The notes: generated by a model not told the origin, from the sequence alone. A stretch of 64,000 nt of DNA from an uncultured Acidimicrobiaceae bacterium (GCA_963716795.1 CAVQUE010000015.1:754069-818068); one strand, 5' to 3'; counted from the first letter of the stretch, positions 39,204-51,087 are shown. Translations and numbers: made by a program.

Positions 39204-39700
39204 TTTCTGGGCCGGCTCGTCTCCGGCGTGCTCGCGCCGGGATCCTCGGTCTGGTGACGTCGCACGGTTGGTCCGGTGTGTACGTCGCCGGCTGGTGTCG
39301 GCGTGCTGCGCAGCAGCGGCGCCGGCCGAGACGGCCACGGGGGTGCGGAAACCCTTTGTCGGGGTGCCCAGCCGTCTCGGGTGGGGCGGGAGCGCCGACG
39401 TGTCTGGGGCCGCTGTGGTGCTGGTGGTGCGCGGTGTTTCTGGGCCGGCTCGTCTCCGGCGTGCCTGGCGCCGGGATCCTTCGGGTTGGTGACGTCGCAC
39501 GGTTGGTTCCTGCTGTACGTCGCCGGCTGGTGTCGGCGTGGTGCGCAGCAGCGGCGCTGGGCCGAGTCGGCCACGGGGGTGCCCAGGTGACCCACCGGGG
39601 TGCGTCGCCGTCTCGGGGGAGGCGGGTGCGCCGACGGGTGCCGCCCGGCGGCGGCGGCCTGGCTTCGAGCGCTGTGTCCGGGCACGCGGTTGCCTGGGAG
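39204..39700 (-). repeat. Second copy, in inverted orientation, of the about 235-bp tandem unit array (about 2 units)
   Basis: GGATCC phase markers at 39240 and 39474 (234-bp period). The reverse complement aligns block-for-block with 19797-20538: GGATCCCGGCGC, CCGGAGACGAGCCGGCCCAG, CCCGAGACGGCTGGGCACCCC, GGGTTTC, CCGTCTCGG, GCTGCTGCGCAGCACGCCGACACC. The array ends at the same unit position as the left array. Confidence 0.85.
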
Positions 39701-39850
39701 CCGCCAGCGAGGGGGTCCGGGGGACGGCCTCCGGCGGTCCCCCCGGCGTGAACCGAGCTACGTGCTCGGTCGGTTCACAAGAGACAGCGCGGCGTCAGCC
39801 GCTCCTTCAGAAAACTCGCTTCGAAAGGTTCGTTTTCCTTTCGAAGCGAA
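39701..39850 (-). repeat. Leader modules of the inverted copy: connector, H2, and a single H1 hairpin
   Basis: H2 at 39748-39778, H1 at 39816-39849. On the minus strand H1 reads UCGCUUCGAAAGG-AAAACGAA-CCUUUCGAAGCGA (13 bp), followed by GUUUUCU. It starts 8 nt after the stop of the upstream minus-strand gene. Confidence 0.8.
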
Positions 39851-39857
39851 ACCCCCC

Positions 39858-40851
39858 TCAGTCCGCCGCGGCGAGTTCGTAGACATCGGGGGCGACGGCG
39901 CCGATCAGTTCGCCTTCGACGACGACATCGACCTGATCGACGGCGAAGGACGCCCGGGCCAGGGTCACCGTCATGGCGGCATCGGTGTCCGGCCCGGCGA
40001 AGGTCAGACTGCATCGGCCGGCCCGGCGCAGGTGGGCGCCGGTGATCGTCGATGGATGCGGGCGAGCGCGCCGTTCCACGGCGAGCCCGATCCCGACCTC
40101 GGCCACGCGGCAGGGCTTGTCCGGGTCGAGGCGTTCGAGCTCGAACCGCAGCGTGTCCGCGTCGGCGTTGTCGCCGAGGAGGTCGACGACCCGTCCGCTC
40201 GACACCTCGAGGCGGACCGGCGACCGCACGACGGTCGCCTCGAGCAGGTCGCCCGGCATCAGGACCACGGTGCCGTTGACGATGTCGGCGCGAGGCTCGC
40301 AGCCACACGAGGCCGCCCGGCCAGACACCGTGGTCGCCCGTCTCGGTGGCGATCACCGCCGGGGCGCTGCTGGTCGCACCCGTGAGGCCGATGTCGACGA
40401 TGGTGCCGGCGGCGGACGACAACACAGCCGACCCGCCGTCTGCGACGAGTTCGGCGGCACGCTCGATGCGACGCATCGAGCCCGGATGCGCCACGAGCGT
40501 GTCGAGATCGGTCGTCGTCGGGCATCGATGGACAACAGGCGTGCCACCTCGAGGATCGCCTCGCGGGCCGACGAGGCCGCGACACGACCGGTCAGGTCGA
40601 TGACCAGTGCCGCACTGGTCAGGGCCGCCCGCATCACCGGCGCTGCGATGGGATCGTCGCGATCGATCGCCCCGTGCGGGGTCGACACCGGTGTGAGCGA
40701 GGCACCCAGACGTTCGCCGACGATGACGAACACCTCGGCAACCGAGGGGTCGACGCCGATCGTCGAGGACGAGGGCGATCTGCTCGCCCGGGGTCACCGC
40801 GCACAACTCCAGCTGTCGGGTGACCGTTTCGATACGCCGCCAGGTGCTGAT
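39858..40851 (-). pseudogene. M29-aminopeptidase / NicX-like family protein, interrupted by at least 2 frameshifts; family call tentative and start uncertain
   Basis: Pieces lie in three minus frames: WRRIETVTRQLELCAVTPGEQIALVLDD; FVIVGERLGASLTPVST..VMRAALTSAALVIDLTG; ...LVADGGSAVLSSAAGTIVDIGLTG; NGTVVLMPGDLLEATV..RVAEVGIGLA..VVVEGELI. GAGGAGG precedes an ATC at 40851, and no clean ATG is present. Confidence 0.5.
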
Positions 40852-41002
40852 GGTCGGCCTCCTCGTCGCCGGGTCAGGCCTCTCCGAGAAGGCCGATCGC
40901 GCCTCACCGTACCGTCGCGTCGGTTCGCCGTGGCTCCATCCGTTGTTCACCAACTCGTGGGCTGTAGCGTCGTGGTCGGTGGAGTCGGTTGGCTGTGGTC
41001 GC

Positions 41003-41851
41003 ATGGGGTGCTCAGAACCCTCGGTGTCGGTCCTGCTCATCGCGCCCCAGGACCAACAGGCCTGGCTCGTCGGACCCGGCCACGAGGCCGCACTCGATGG
41101 CGTCCCGCTGTGCGCGGCACACGCAGATCGCGTCACCGTTCCCTTCGGCTGGCAGCTGCATGATGACCGCCCGGCTGCTCAAGCCCCGCCGACGTCGCAG
41201 GAGCACGCCCCGTAAGGCGAAGGCCGACGCCCGAGCCGGATCAGTCCGACGGCGACGCGTCGGGCCCCGATGCGGATTCGTCGGCCACGGGCGGTGGCTC
41301 GCGCAAGGTCGACGCCGGTCGAGCCGGCGAAGCCGGCATCCACAGTGGGCGATGATGCCCCTCGACGAACCCCTGCCGGCAAACTCCCTCCGACACACGC
41401 CAGGCCGACAAACCCTCGGTCGAGGAACAGTCGCCCGATCCTGCGGTCGTCGACCCGGTCGCGGCGGCCACGTCTGCGGCGTCCGACGACACCGATTCGG
41501 CGGTCGCGGCGTCGCCGGACACCGGTGCCGAGTCCGACGCACCGCCGGCCCGGCCCGACAGCGACGGGCCACGCGCCGCCGACGGCGCCGGTCACGGCCG
41601 AGCCGCACGCCGGCGTTCGCCACCATGCCCCCGCCGATGTTCCGGTCCACGCCGACGAGGTCGCCGCAGCCGTCGCCGGCTCCGGGGTCCGTCTGTCGGT
41701 CGTGCCGGGTGATGACGACCCGACCAAGACCTTCAGCGTCGAGGCCGATGGGCAGACGTCGCTGTGGGCCGAGAGCCACCGCGACGACCACGATCCGAGC
41801 GACGAGACGCCGCTGCTCAAGCGCGCCTTTCGCGTCGTGCGCGAAGACTGA
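41003..41851 (+). pseudogene. DUF3499-family protein, interrupted by an in-frame TAA at 41213 and frame changes in the acidic linker
   Basis: N-terminus MGCSEPSVSVLLIAPQDQQAWLVGPG....LCAAHADRVTVPFGWQLHDDR matches the DUF3499 pattern. The C-terminus ends ...DETPLLKRAFRVV. The middle segment reads sensibly only in another frame (ADKPSVEEQSPDPAVVDPVAAATSAASDDTDS...). Confidence 0.55.
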
Positions 41852-41924
41852 GCGTCCGACGGCACAAACGGGCGCCTGGCCGATGATCCGGCCACCCGGT
41901 GCGGTCAGCACTACCATCGCTGCC

Positions 41925-42722
41925 ATGCCAACGACCAGCAGCGACGAGGGTGGCGTCACCACCGAGGTGCGGGATCGGATCCTCCTCATCGGTCTGGATC
42001 GGCCGGCGAAGTACAACGGCGTCACCCCGCACATGATGGATGAGCTCATCGATGCCTACACACGGCTCGACCGCGACCCCGAGTTGTGGGTCGGTGTGCT
42101 GTTCGGTCACGGCGACCACTTCACCGCCGGGTTGGACCTGCCCAAGTGGACCGAGCGGATGGCCGACAACGAGCGCCGAGAGGACGACCACGACCGCGTC
42201 GATCCTGCGGGCCTCGGTCGGAGCTGCTCGAAGCCCATCGTCACTGCGGTGCACGGCATCACCTTCACGCTCGGGATCGAGGTCGCACTGGCAGGCGACA
42301 TCGTCGTCGCCGCCGACGACTGCCGCTTCTCCCAGCTCGAACCGGCGCGCGGTATCCACGCCACCGGCGGGGCGACCTTCCGGTTCGTCGAACGCGGCGG
42401 CTGGGGCAACGCCATGTACCACCTGCTCACTGCCGACGAGTTCGACGCCGCAGAGGCCCATCGCATCGGCCTGGTCCAAGAGGTCGTCCCTGCGGGTGCG
42501 CAGCTCGATCGGGCGATCGAGATCGCCGAGCGCATCGCGTCGATGGCGCCCCTCGCGGTGCAGGCCACCAAGGCTTCGGCGCGCCGTTGGCTCGACGAAG
42601 GAGTCGAGGCGTGCGTGCGTGCGCTCGGCCCGACCCAGGCACAGCTGATCGCATCCGATGACGCCACGGAAGGGGTGGCGTCGTTCGTCGAACGTCGCAG
42701 CGCCACCTTCACCGGTCGCTGA
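41925..42722 (+). CDS. Enoyl-CoA hydratase/isomerase (crotonase) family protein
   Basis: 265 aa. ILLIGLDRPAKYNGV...GDHFTAGLDL...KPIVTAVHGITFTLGIEVALAGDIVVAA..CRFSQLE. Intact. Confidence 0.9.
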   Translation: MPTTSSDEGGVTTEVRDRILLIGLDRPAKYNGVTPHMMDELIDAYTRLDRDPELWVGVLFGHGDHFTAGLDLPKWTERMADNERREDDHDRVDPAGLGRSCSKPIVTAVHGITFTLGIEVALAGDIVVAADDCRFSQLEPARGIHATGGATFRFVERGGWGNAMYHLLTADEFDAAEAHRIGLVQEVVPAGAQLDRAIEIAERIASMAPLAVQATKASARRWLDEGVEACVRALGPTQAQLIASDDATEGVASFVERRSATFTGR

Positions 42723-42736
42723 CCATCGCGGGCCCA

Positions 42737-44410
42737 TGACAGACAGCCCCGAGCCGGCGCGCACCGGCGCACGCCCGCAGCCAGACGACCGACGAGGCAC
42801 GACCGCTGTGGCTGGTGGCGCTCATCGCCGTCGTGGCGATCGCCGTCGTCGGTGTCGGTACCTTCGCCTCGCTGCGCAGCGACGACAGCGACGAGCCCGT
42901 GGAGACCGCTGTCGGTGCGCGCCGGGACCGTGGCCGAGGCGGACAGCGGTGATGGTGCATGCCGGCCAGGGGGTCGACGCCGGGGGCGATGATGCGACTG
43001 CCACCGCCGCGCCCGAGCCCACCGCTGCGCCCGAGCCCACTGCGACCTCGAACCGGAGCCGACGCCCACGCCGTTCGCCGGCCTCGTCGACCCGGCCTCG
43101 GTCGGACGCCCGTACGGCGACACCGTCGACGGGCTCCTGACCTTCCGCGGCAATCCGACCCGGACCTTCTACGGCATCGGCCCGGTGCCCGCCTCGCCGT
43201 CGTTGCAGTGGTCCTACCCACCCGGTGGCGGGCTGTGTGGCCCGTCGACCGTCGGCGGCGAGACCACCCAGTGGTGCGGAACCGGCTGGACGGGCCAGCC
43301 CGCGATCTTCGAACGCGACGGCCGCACCTGGGCGGTCTTCGGTGCCTACGACCACGACGTCCACTTCCTCGATGCCGACACCGGCGAGCAGATCCTGCCG
43401 CCGTTCCCGACCGGCGACATCATCAAGGGCAGCGTCACCGTCGATCCCGACGGCTACCCCATCGTCTACTCGGGGTCGCGTGACGACTACTTCCACCTGA
43501 TCGCCATCGACCGTGACGAACCGGTCGAACTCTGGCGTCTCGACGCCGACGCCCCCGGGGCCGAGTGGAACAACGACTGGGACGGCTCTGCGCTGATCCT
43601 CGACGACTACCTGTTCCAGGGCGGCGAGAACTCGGTGTTCCACGTGGTGAAGCTGAACCGGGGCTACGACGACGACGGGCTTCGTCACGGTCGACCCCGA
43701 GGTGGTGTTCACGGCACCGGGCTACGACGCCGACCTGCTCGCCGCCGTCGGACCCAACGTCTCCATCGAGAACTCGGTGGCCGTCAGCGGCAACGTCGTC
43801 TACTTCGCGAACTCGGGCGGTCTCGTGCAGGGCTGGCGCGTCGGGGGCCTCGATCGGGGCCGCGAACCCAAGCGGGTGTTCCGCTACTGGGTCGGCGACG
43901 ACGTCGACGCCTCGATCGTCGATCGACGACGAGGGCTTCCTCTACGTCGGCGCCGAGTACGAGCGGGGCAACAGCCGCTCTCAAGAGATCGGCCAGCTCG
44001 TCAAGCTGAACCCGCGCAAGAAGAACGACCCGCTCGTGTGGTCGGTGTTCGACACCGGCGCGCTCCCCGGTGGTATCTGGGCCACACCGGCGCTACACGA
44101 GGACCTGATCATCGCCCCCACCGACTCCGGACGCCTCCTCGGCGTCGACCGCGCCACCGGCGACATCCGTTGGGAGTTCCGGCTGCCCGGACCGTTGTGG
44201 AGCTCGCCGGTCGTCGTCGACGACGTGCTGCTGCAGGGCGACTGCGAGGGCGCCCTCCATGCCTACGACCTGAGCGACACCACGGTCGAGCCGCCACCGC
44301 TGTGGACGGTGTCGCTGACCGGTTGCATCGAGTCGACGCCTGCGGTGTGGGACGGCCGCATCGTCTTCGGAACGCGGGCGGGTCAGGTCCACATGCTGGG
44401 CGATTCATGA
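42737..44410 (+). pseudogene. Membrane-anchored PQQ-like beta-propeller repeat protein, interrupted by at least 4 frameshifts
   Basis: TM segment LWLVALIAVVAIAVVGVGTF, a PEPTAAPEPT linker, then propeller segments in three frames: GWTGQPAIFERDGRTWAVFGAYDHDVHFLDADTGE; VVFTAPGYDADLL..VYFANSGGLVQGW; IDDEGFLYVGAEY..LLGVDRATGDIRWEF..VLLQGDCEGALHAYD..GRIVFGTRAGQVHML. Confidence 0.7.
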
Positions 44411-44477
44411 GCGGTGCGCACGAGCGGACCGACGGCGATCAGCGGAACTCGATCGGTGCGTCACTATCCTCGGCGCC

Positions 44478-45615
44478 GTGCTGCTCGCCGCCCGTGAGGT
44501 CCTGCGCTCGAAGCTGCGCTTCTCGCTGCTGAGCGGCGCCGTCGGCCTGCTCGTCTTCCTCATCTTGTTCCAGCAGGCGCTGCTGGGCGGTCTGATCACC
44601 GACTTCATCGGAGCGGTCGAGAACCAGGACAGCCCGATCCTGGTGTTCAACGACCAGGCGCGCAGCAACGTCGAAGGCAGCTTCTTGACGCCCGATCAGG
44701 TGGTGGCGATCAGCGAGGTCGATGGTGTCGCCGAGTCGGCGCCGATCGGCCAGGCGACCTACACCGTCGAAGCCGGCGACGAGATCACCGACGCCGTGCT
44801 GTTCGGCTACACCCTCGACGGTCTCGGGGCGCCGACCTCATTGACCGATGGGCGTCTGCCCGAGGGCCCCGACGAGGCCGTTGCGTCGTCCGCTGACGCC
44901 GACGCAGGCTTCGGCATCGGCGATGTCGTGCAGATCCTCGGCGCCGACGGCGCCGCCGGGCCCGAGATCACCGTGGTCGGCCTGGGGGACAGCCTCCGTT
45001 GGAGTGTCGCGGCCACCTTGTTCGTGTCCTACGAGACCTACGAGCGGGCCCAGCGCGCCGTCAATCCCGACGCCGAGGTCGTGTTCCCGTCGCTGGTCGC
45101 CGTGCGTCCGGCCGAGGGCGTGGCGGCCGGCGACCTGACCGCACGCATCGATGTCGAGGTCGACGGGGTCGAGGCGCTCACCAACGACGAGGCGGTCGAC
45201 AACAACCCCGGCGTCCAGGGAGTGAATCAGTCGTTCCAGATCATCCTGGCGCTGGCGTTCCTGGTCGTGACGCTGGTCATCGGGTTCTTCTTCTTGATCC
45301 TCACCGTGCAGAAGACCGGCGCACTCACGCTGTTGCGGGCCATCGGTGCCCCGACGAGCTACCTGATCAAGAACCTCGCTGCTCCAGATCCTGCTCGTGC
45401 TCGGCGGCGGGGCGATCATCGGCATCGCGCTGACCGTGCTGGTGGTCTACGGCTCCCCGCCGGGTGGACTCACCATCTCGCTCGAACCGGCCACGGTGGC
45501 CGCGACGTTGCTGGGATTGGCCGTGCTGTCGCTGATCGGTGGGATCGCATCGATCCGGCGCGTCACCCGTGTCGATCCGCTCAGCGCCACGACGACGGTG
45601 GGGGCGACGCGATGA
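44478..45615 (+). pseudogene. ABC transporter permease (FtsX family), one frameshift near 45379
   Basis: MLLAAREVLRSKLRFSLLSGAVGLLVFLILF...LLRAIGAPTSYLIKNL, then it continues in the 45397..45615 frame (LGGGAIIGIALTVLV...IRRVTRVDPLSA). Confidence 0.8.
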
Positions 45616-45642
45616 GCCGGCGCGTCGACGAGCGGGCGTCCG

Positions 45643-46748
45643 ATGAGACTGGCCTTGCGCGAGCTCTTCCGCCGCCCGGGCCGCTTCTCGGTGGCCGGGG
45701 GTGCGTTGACCCTGCTGGTGCTGCTGCTGTTGTTCCTGGGCGGGCTGCTCGACGGTCTGTTCCTGGGCTCGACCGGCGCCATCCGGGCCAACGAAGGCGA
45801 TGCCGTCGTCTTCTCCGATGACGCCCGTGAGTCGTTCCTGCGGTCGTCGATCGATGCCGACCTCGAGGACCAGATCGCGGGCATCGATGGTGTCGCAGAG
45901 GTCAGTGGCGTCGGCTTCACCCTGTTGGGGGTCGAGATCCCGGGCGAGTCCGAGATCGCCGACGCCGCGATCGTCGGCTACGAGATCGCCACCGACGTGC
46001 TCCCGGATCCTCCCGGCTCCGGGCCAGGCCTACGCCGACGATCGCCTCGAATCGCTCGGTGCCGACATCGGCGACGTGCTGCTCGTCGGTCCCGCGCAGA
46101 CGCCGGTCGAGATCGTCGGGTGGGTCTCCGACACCAACTATCTCGGCCAGAACGGCATCTGGGTCGAGCCCGGCACGTGGCGCGAGATCCAGAACGCGAA
46201 CCGACCCGACGCGATCGTCGCCGACGGTGAGTTCCAGGCCGTGTTCGTGCGCGGCGACGACGGCGTCGACCCGGCGGCCCTGCGCGAGCGCATCGACGCG
46301 ACGACCGGTCGCACGGTCAGCCTCAGCGAGGACGAGGCCGTCCAGGCGATTCCCGGGGTGCCCGAGCAGAACTCGACGTTCACGGCGGTCATCTACGTGA
46401 CGCTGTTCGTCGTGGGGCTGGTCGTCGCCTTGTTCTTCGCGTTGTTGACGCTCGAACGTGTCGGTCTCTACGCAGTCCTCAAGGCGGTGGGGGCGAAGAA
46501 CCGGACGCTGATCGTCGGGGTCATCGTGCAGGCGCTGGTCGGTGGCCGTCGGTGCCTTCATCATCGGCGCCGTGCTGACGTTCCTGTTGGCGCAGGTCAT
46601 CCCGCCCGAGGTCCCCGTGCAGTTCGAACTCGGCCGGGCCCTGTTCACCCTGGTCGCCGTCGCGATCACCGCGATCGTCGGCGGCTTGGTGTCGCTGCGG
46701 CGCATCATCCGTGTCGACCCGGCCAGTGCCATCGGCACCGGCATCTGA
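45643..46748 (+). pseudogene. ABC transporter permease (FtsX family), two frameshifts
   Basis: MRLALRELFRRPGRFSVAGGALTLLVLL.., then the 45800 frame (GQAYADDRLESLGADIGD...LKAVGAKNRTLIVGVIVQAL), then the 46542..46748 frame (AVGAFIIGAVLTFLLA...LRRIIRVDPASA). Confidence 0.8.
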
Positions 46749-46768
46749 TCTCCCGAGAGGTTCCTCCC

Positions 46769-47442
46769 ATGGCTGCCCTGGCGCTCGCCGATGTCCGCAA
46801 GGTGTACCGATCCGGCGACGACGAGGTCGTCGCGCTCGATCACGCCACGCTGACCGTCGGCGACGACGAGATCATCGCCCTGGTCGGCCCGTCGGGGTCG
46901 GGCAAGACGACGCTGCTTGTCGATCGCCGGGGGTCTGTTGGCGCCGACCGAGGGCACGGTCACGGTGGCGGGCAAGGAGATCTCGGGCTACACCGACAAG
47001 CAACTGACGGCGTTCCGGGGCGCGAGCGTCGGCTTCGTGTTCCAGGCGGTGAATCTGGTGCCGTTCCTGACCGCCAAGGAGAACCTGCTGATCGTCTCGG
47101 AGATGAACGGCAGGCTCGACGCCGCGGCGAAGAAGCGTGCGGCGGCGCTGCTCGACGAACTCGGGCTCGGCCACCGCATGAAGAACCTGCCCGGTCAGCT
47201 GTCGGGTGGTGAGCGTCAGCGGGTCGCGATCGGGCGGGCGCTGATGAACGAACCGGCGCTGGTGCTTGTTCGACGAACCGACCTCGGCGCTCGACACCGA
47301 GCTCGGCGAACAGGTGATGGAGCTGATCCGCGCAGAGGTCAAGGGCCGCGGCGTCGCCGCAGTGATCGTCACCCACGACACCCGCATGACCGACTACGCC
47401 GACCGCACCGTGAAGATCCTCGACGGTCAGCTGATCGCCTGA
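46769..47442 (+). pseudogene. ABC transporter ATP-binding protein, two single-base insertions
   Basis: MAALALADVRKVYRSGDDEVVALD..LVGPSGSGKTTLL / SIAGGLLAPTEG...LSGGERQRVAIGRAL..PALVL / FDEPTSALD...VIVTHD. The frame breaks at 46916-46919 and 47265-47268, both reading GCTTGT where GCTGT restores the protein. Confidence 0.85.
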
Positions 47443-47559
47443 ACCTCACCCACGGCAAACCGGCACGGGTTCCGGCGCCGAGAATGGCGCAGAGCGACCG
47501 TCTAGGCGCCGCCCACGGGATGGACTGGCGCCGATGGCCGCGGAGCGGTCCGGCGCCGG

Positions 47560-49106
47560 TCAGCGGTGCAGGTCGACGATGATCGCTTCGTCGGGGCGAG
47601 GATGGCGCCGTCGCCGGCTGCCGATCGCTCCGAGCGGGTCGTCACCACGAAGAGACGAGATCAGTCGCTCGCCCGCCAGGTCGACCGACTGTGGCTCCGA
47701 CGTGAAGTTCACGGCCACCACCAGCCGGTCGTCGCCGTGGACCCGCTCCCAGGCCACGACGCCATCGGGACTCTCGAGCAGGTGCTGTGCGCCGCTGCCG
47801 CAGCGCTGGACGCTCGCGTCGGAGCTGCACCAGCGAGCGGTACAGATGCAGCGTCGAATACGGGTCCTGGCGCTGGGCCTCGACGCTCAGCGCGGCGGCG
47901 TCGTCGACGAACGGCAGCCACGGGTCCGGTCCCCACCCGTGGGTGGGGTCGATCGTCCACGGGATCGGCGCGCGACAGCCATCGCGTCCGCCGGGGTCGA
48001 CGACCCGGTCCGGTGGGATCTCGGCGTCGGGTAGGCCCAGTTCCTCGCCGGCGTACAGATACGGCGTGCCCCGCTGAGCGAGCAGGAACACCGCCCCGGC
48101 ACGGGCACGGGCGTCGCTGCCCCAGCGGGTGCGCTGGCGAGCGACGTCGTGGTTGCCGAGCACCCACGTCGGCCAGGTGTCGGCCCCGTACTCCTCGTCG
48201 ACTTCGACGATCCGACGCCGGAACTCCGCCGCCGTCCACGGCGAGTACGTGGGGCGGAAGTTGAACACCAGCGACAGCTCGTCGTCGTCGCCGTGGTAGC
48301 TGCGGACCTGGCCGGGCCCGAACAGGTTGACCTCGCCGACCATCATCGGGCGGTGCGGGTACGAGTCGAGCAGCGCCCGGATGCGGCGCAGGTGCTCGTG
48401 CGTCGAGGGGTGGTCGTTGCTGATGATCGGCGTCCCCGGCACCGCCAGGTCGGGGAGCGCCGGGTCCTTGCCGATGAGGTGCACGACATCGGCGCGGAAT
48501 CCGTCGACGCCCCGGTCGAGCCAGAACCGCAGCGTGTCGAGCATCGCCGTCTGCACGTCGGGGTTCGCCCAGTTCAGGTCGGGTTGTTCGGGAAGGAACA
48601 GGTGCAGGTAGTACTGGCCCGACGCCTCGTCGAAGGTCCACGCCGGGCCGATGTCCCAGCACGCATCCCAGTTGTTCGGGCAAGCCGCCGTCGGGGGCCG
48701 GATCGCGCCACACGTACCAGTCGCGCTTGGCGGCGTCGCGCCCGGACCGGGAGTCGAGGAACCAGGGGTGCTGGTCAGAGGTGTGGTTCGGGACCCAGTC
48801 GAGCGTGATCCGCATGCCGAGGTCGTGGGCGTCGGCGACCAGTCCGTCGAGCTCGGCGAGGTCGCCGAAGGTGGGGTCGACGTCGCAGTAGTCGGCAACG
48901 TCGTAGCCGAAGTCGGCCATCGGCGACGGGTAGATCGGCGACAACCACAGCGCATCGACGCCGAGCCAGCGGAGATGGCTCAGCTGAGAGCGGATGCCGG
49001 CGAGGTCGCCGATGCCATCGCCATCTGCGTCGGCGAACGAGCGCGGGTAGATCTGGTAGAAGACTGCGGTCTCCCACCATCGATCGTCAGCGGCGTCGTC
49101 GGTCAT
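47560..49106 (-). pseudogene. GH13 alpha-glucosidase / oligo-1,6-glucosidase-like, two frameshifts
   Basis: WWETAVFYQIYPRSFADADGDGIGDLAGI...TLDWVPNHTSDQHPWF / NNWDACWDIGPAWTFDE..YYLHLF..QPDLNW..GVDGFRADVV...MVGEV...LGNHD..R / C-terminal MAWERVHGDDRLVVAVNF. One insertion lies near 48677. Confidence 0.88.
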
Positions 49107-49132
49107 GGGTTCCCCCTCGTCTTCGTTCGGCG

Positions 49133-49907
49133 TCAGCTGGTTCGGTCGGCGAGGAACGGGAAGCGGGACCGCACGTCGGTGACCATGGTCGGATCGACGT
49201 CGGCCACCAGCACGGTCTCGGTGTTCTCGGGCGCGTCGGCCACCACCTGGCCGAGGGGATCGATGATCGCACTGTCGCCCGCATAGGCGAGCCCGCCGCC
49301 GTCGCCGATCCGGTTGACACCGATCATCCACGCCTGGTTCTCGATGGCACGCGCCCGCAGGAGGGTCCGCCAGTGCTCCCGCCGCACGGCCGGCCAGTTG
49401 GCGACGACCAGATAGGCGTCGACGTCGGGAGCGAGACCCCAGAAGTCCGGCGCGAAGCGCAGATCGAAACACACGAACAGGCCGAGGCGAACACCGCCGA
49501 TCGTCACCGCCGTCAGCGACGATCCCGACGGCGAAGTGCTCGGTCTCGCCGCCGATGGAGAATCGGTGCATCTTTGCGTAGCGGTGCACCGATCCGTCGG
49601 GTCCGGCCAACACGAGGGTGTTGTGCGGCTTGTCCTCGCCGGGAGCGAGGATCGGAATCGACCCGCACACGTGCGCGCCGGTGCGGGCCGCCTGCGCGAC
49701 CAGGAACGCAGTGCTCGGGCCGTCGGCCGGCTCGGCGGTCGCGCTCGGTGTCGCATCGAGAACCCCACGGCGAACATCTCGGTCAGGGCGATCAACTCGG
49801 CGCCCTGGTCGACGGCCGCATCGATCATCGGGCTCGACGTGCGCCATCGTCGCGGCCCGGTCCTCCCACACGATGTCGTGCTGCACTGCGGCCACCCGGA
49901 GCGTCAT
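49133..49907 (-). pseudogene. Carbon-nitrogen hydrolase (nitrilase/omega-amidase-like), at least 3 frameshifts
   Basis: MTLRVAAVQHDIVWED / AELIALTEMF / NTLVLAGPDGSVHRYAKMHRF / GVRLGLFVCFDLRFP..ANWP..R..HW..LLRARAIENQAWMIGVNRIG. Pieces lie in two or three frames. Confidence 0.75.
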
Positions 49908-49911
49908 GACC

Positions 49912-51087
49912 TCAGCCCTTCAGCGTTGCGAGGCGTGCGACGGCCTCGTCGAGAACGGACAACTGCTTGCAGAAGGTGAACCGGACGAGGTGACGGCCTG
50001 CGGCCTCGTCGTCGTAGAACACCACGTTGGGAACGGCGACCACGCCGCAACGCTCGGGCAGCGCCAGACAGAACGCACGACCGTCCTCGGTGCCGAACGG
50101 GGTGATGTCGGCGGTGACGAAGTAGGTGCCCTGGGGCCAGTAGGTCACGAACCCGGCCGACTCGAGACCCGTACACAGCCGCTCGCGCTTCACCGCCATG
50201 TCGGCAGCGAAGTCGTCGTAGTAGGAGCGGGGCAGCTCGAGCGCGGCGGCGATGGCGTACTGGAACGGGGCGCCGTTGACGTAGGTCAGGTACTGCTTGG
50301 CGGTGCGGGCCGCGGCGAGCAGGGCCGGCGGCGCGCAGATCCAGCCGATCTTCCAGCCGGTGTAGCGAGAACGTCTTGCCGGCCGAGCTGATCGAGCACG
50401 GTGCGCTCGCGCATGCCGGGCAGGGTCGCGAGCGGGACGTGGCGTGCCGTCGAAGACGAGGTGCTCGTAGACCTCGTCGGTGATGGCGATGAGGTCGTGC
50501 TCGATGCACAGCTCGCGCGATGCAGGCGAGCTCGTCCTCGGAGAAGACCTTGCCGGTGGGGTTGTGCGGGCTGTTGAGCAGGATGGCCTTGGTCGCGGGC
50601 CCGATCGCCGCCGCGAGCTCGTCGGGGTCGAACGAGTAGTCGGGCGCGCGCAGGGTCACGACCCGTGCGGGTGGCGCCGCTCATGGCGATGGTGGCGGCG
50701 TAGGAGTCGTAGTAGGGCTCGAAGGTCACGACCTCGTCGCCCGGACCGCAGATCGCGAGCAGGGTCGCCGGCGATGGCCTCGGTGGCGCCGGCGGTGACG
50801 AGCACCTCGGTGTCGGGGTCGTAGTCGAGGCCGTAGAAGTCGCGTTGGTGGCGGGCGATGCCCTGGCGCAGCTCCGGGATACCGGGACCGGGCGGGTACT
50901 GGTTGTGCCCGGCTCGGATCGCTGCGATCGCGGCCTCGGCGATCTCGGGCGGGCCGTCGGTGTCGGGGAAGCCCTGTCCGAGGTTGATCGCGCCGGTTCG
51001 TACGGCCAAGGCGGACATCTCGGCGAAGATCGTCTCGCCGAACTCGCGCAGACTCGCCTTCACGTAGGGGTCGCCGGGGTGACTCAT
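49912..51087 (-). pseudogene. Class I/II PLP-dependent aminotransferase, at least 4 frameshifts
   Basis: INLGQGFPDTDGPPEI..NQYPPGPGIPELR / FEPYYDSYAAT / ILLNSPHNPTGKVFS / ITDEVYEHLVFDG / GWKIGW / C-terminal VAVPNVVFYDD...VRFTFCK. Pieces are spread over three minus frames. Confidence 0.8.

Noticed and set aside
41002-41005. Divergent genes sharing overlapping start codons (CATG): minus ATG 41004 of the M29/NicX-like gene and plus ATG 41003 of DUF3499
   Set aside because: The region upstream of WRRIETV on the minus strand does not look like that family, and a GAGGAGG sits before position 40851. The long minus ORF extension is probably spurious.
41213-41215. In-frame TAA in the DUF3499 gene as programmed recoding
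   Set aside because: The downstream same-frame sequence is Arg-rich nonsense, while another frame reads as a plausible acidic linker. That is consistent with the indel errors pervasive in this tract.
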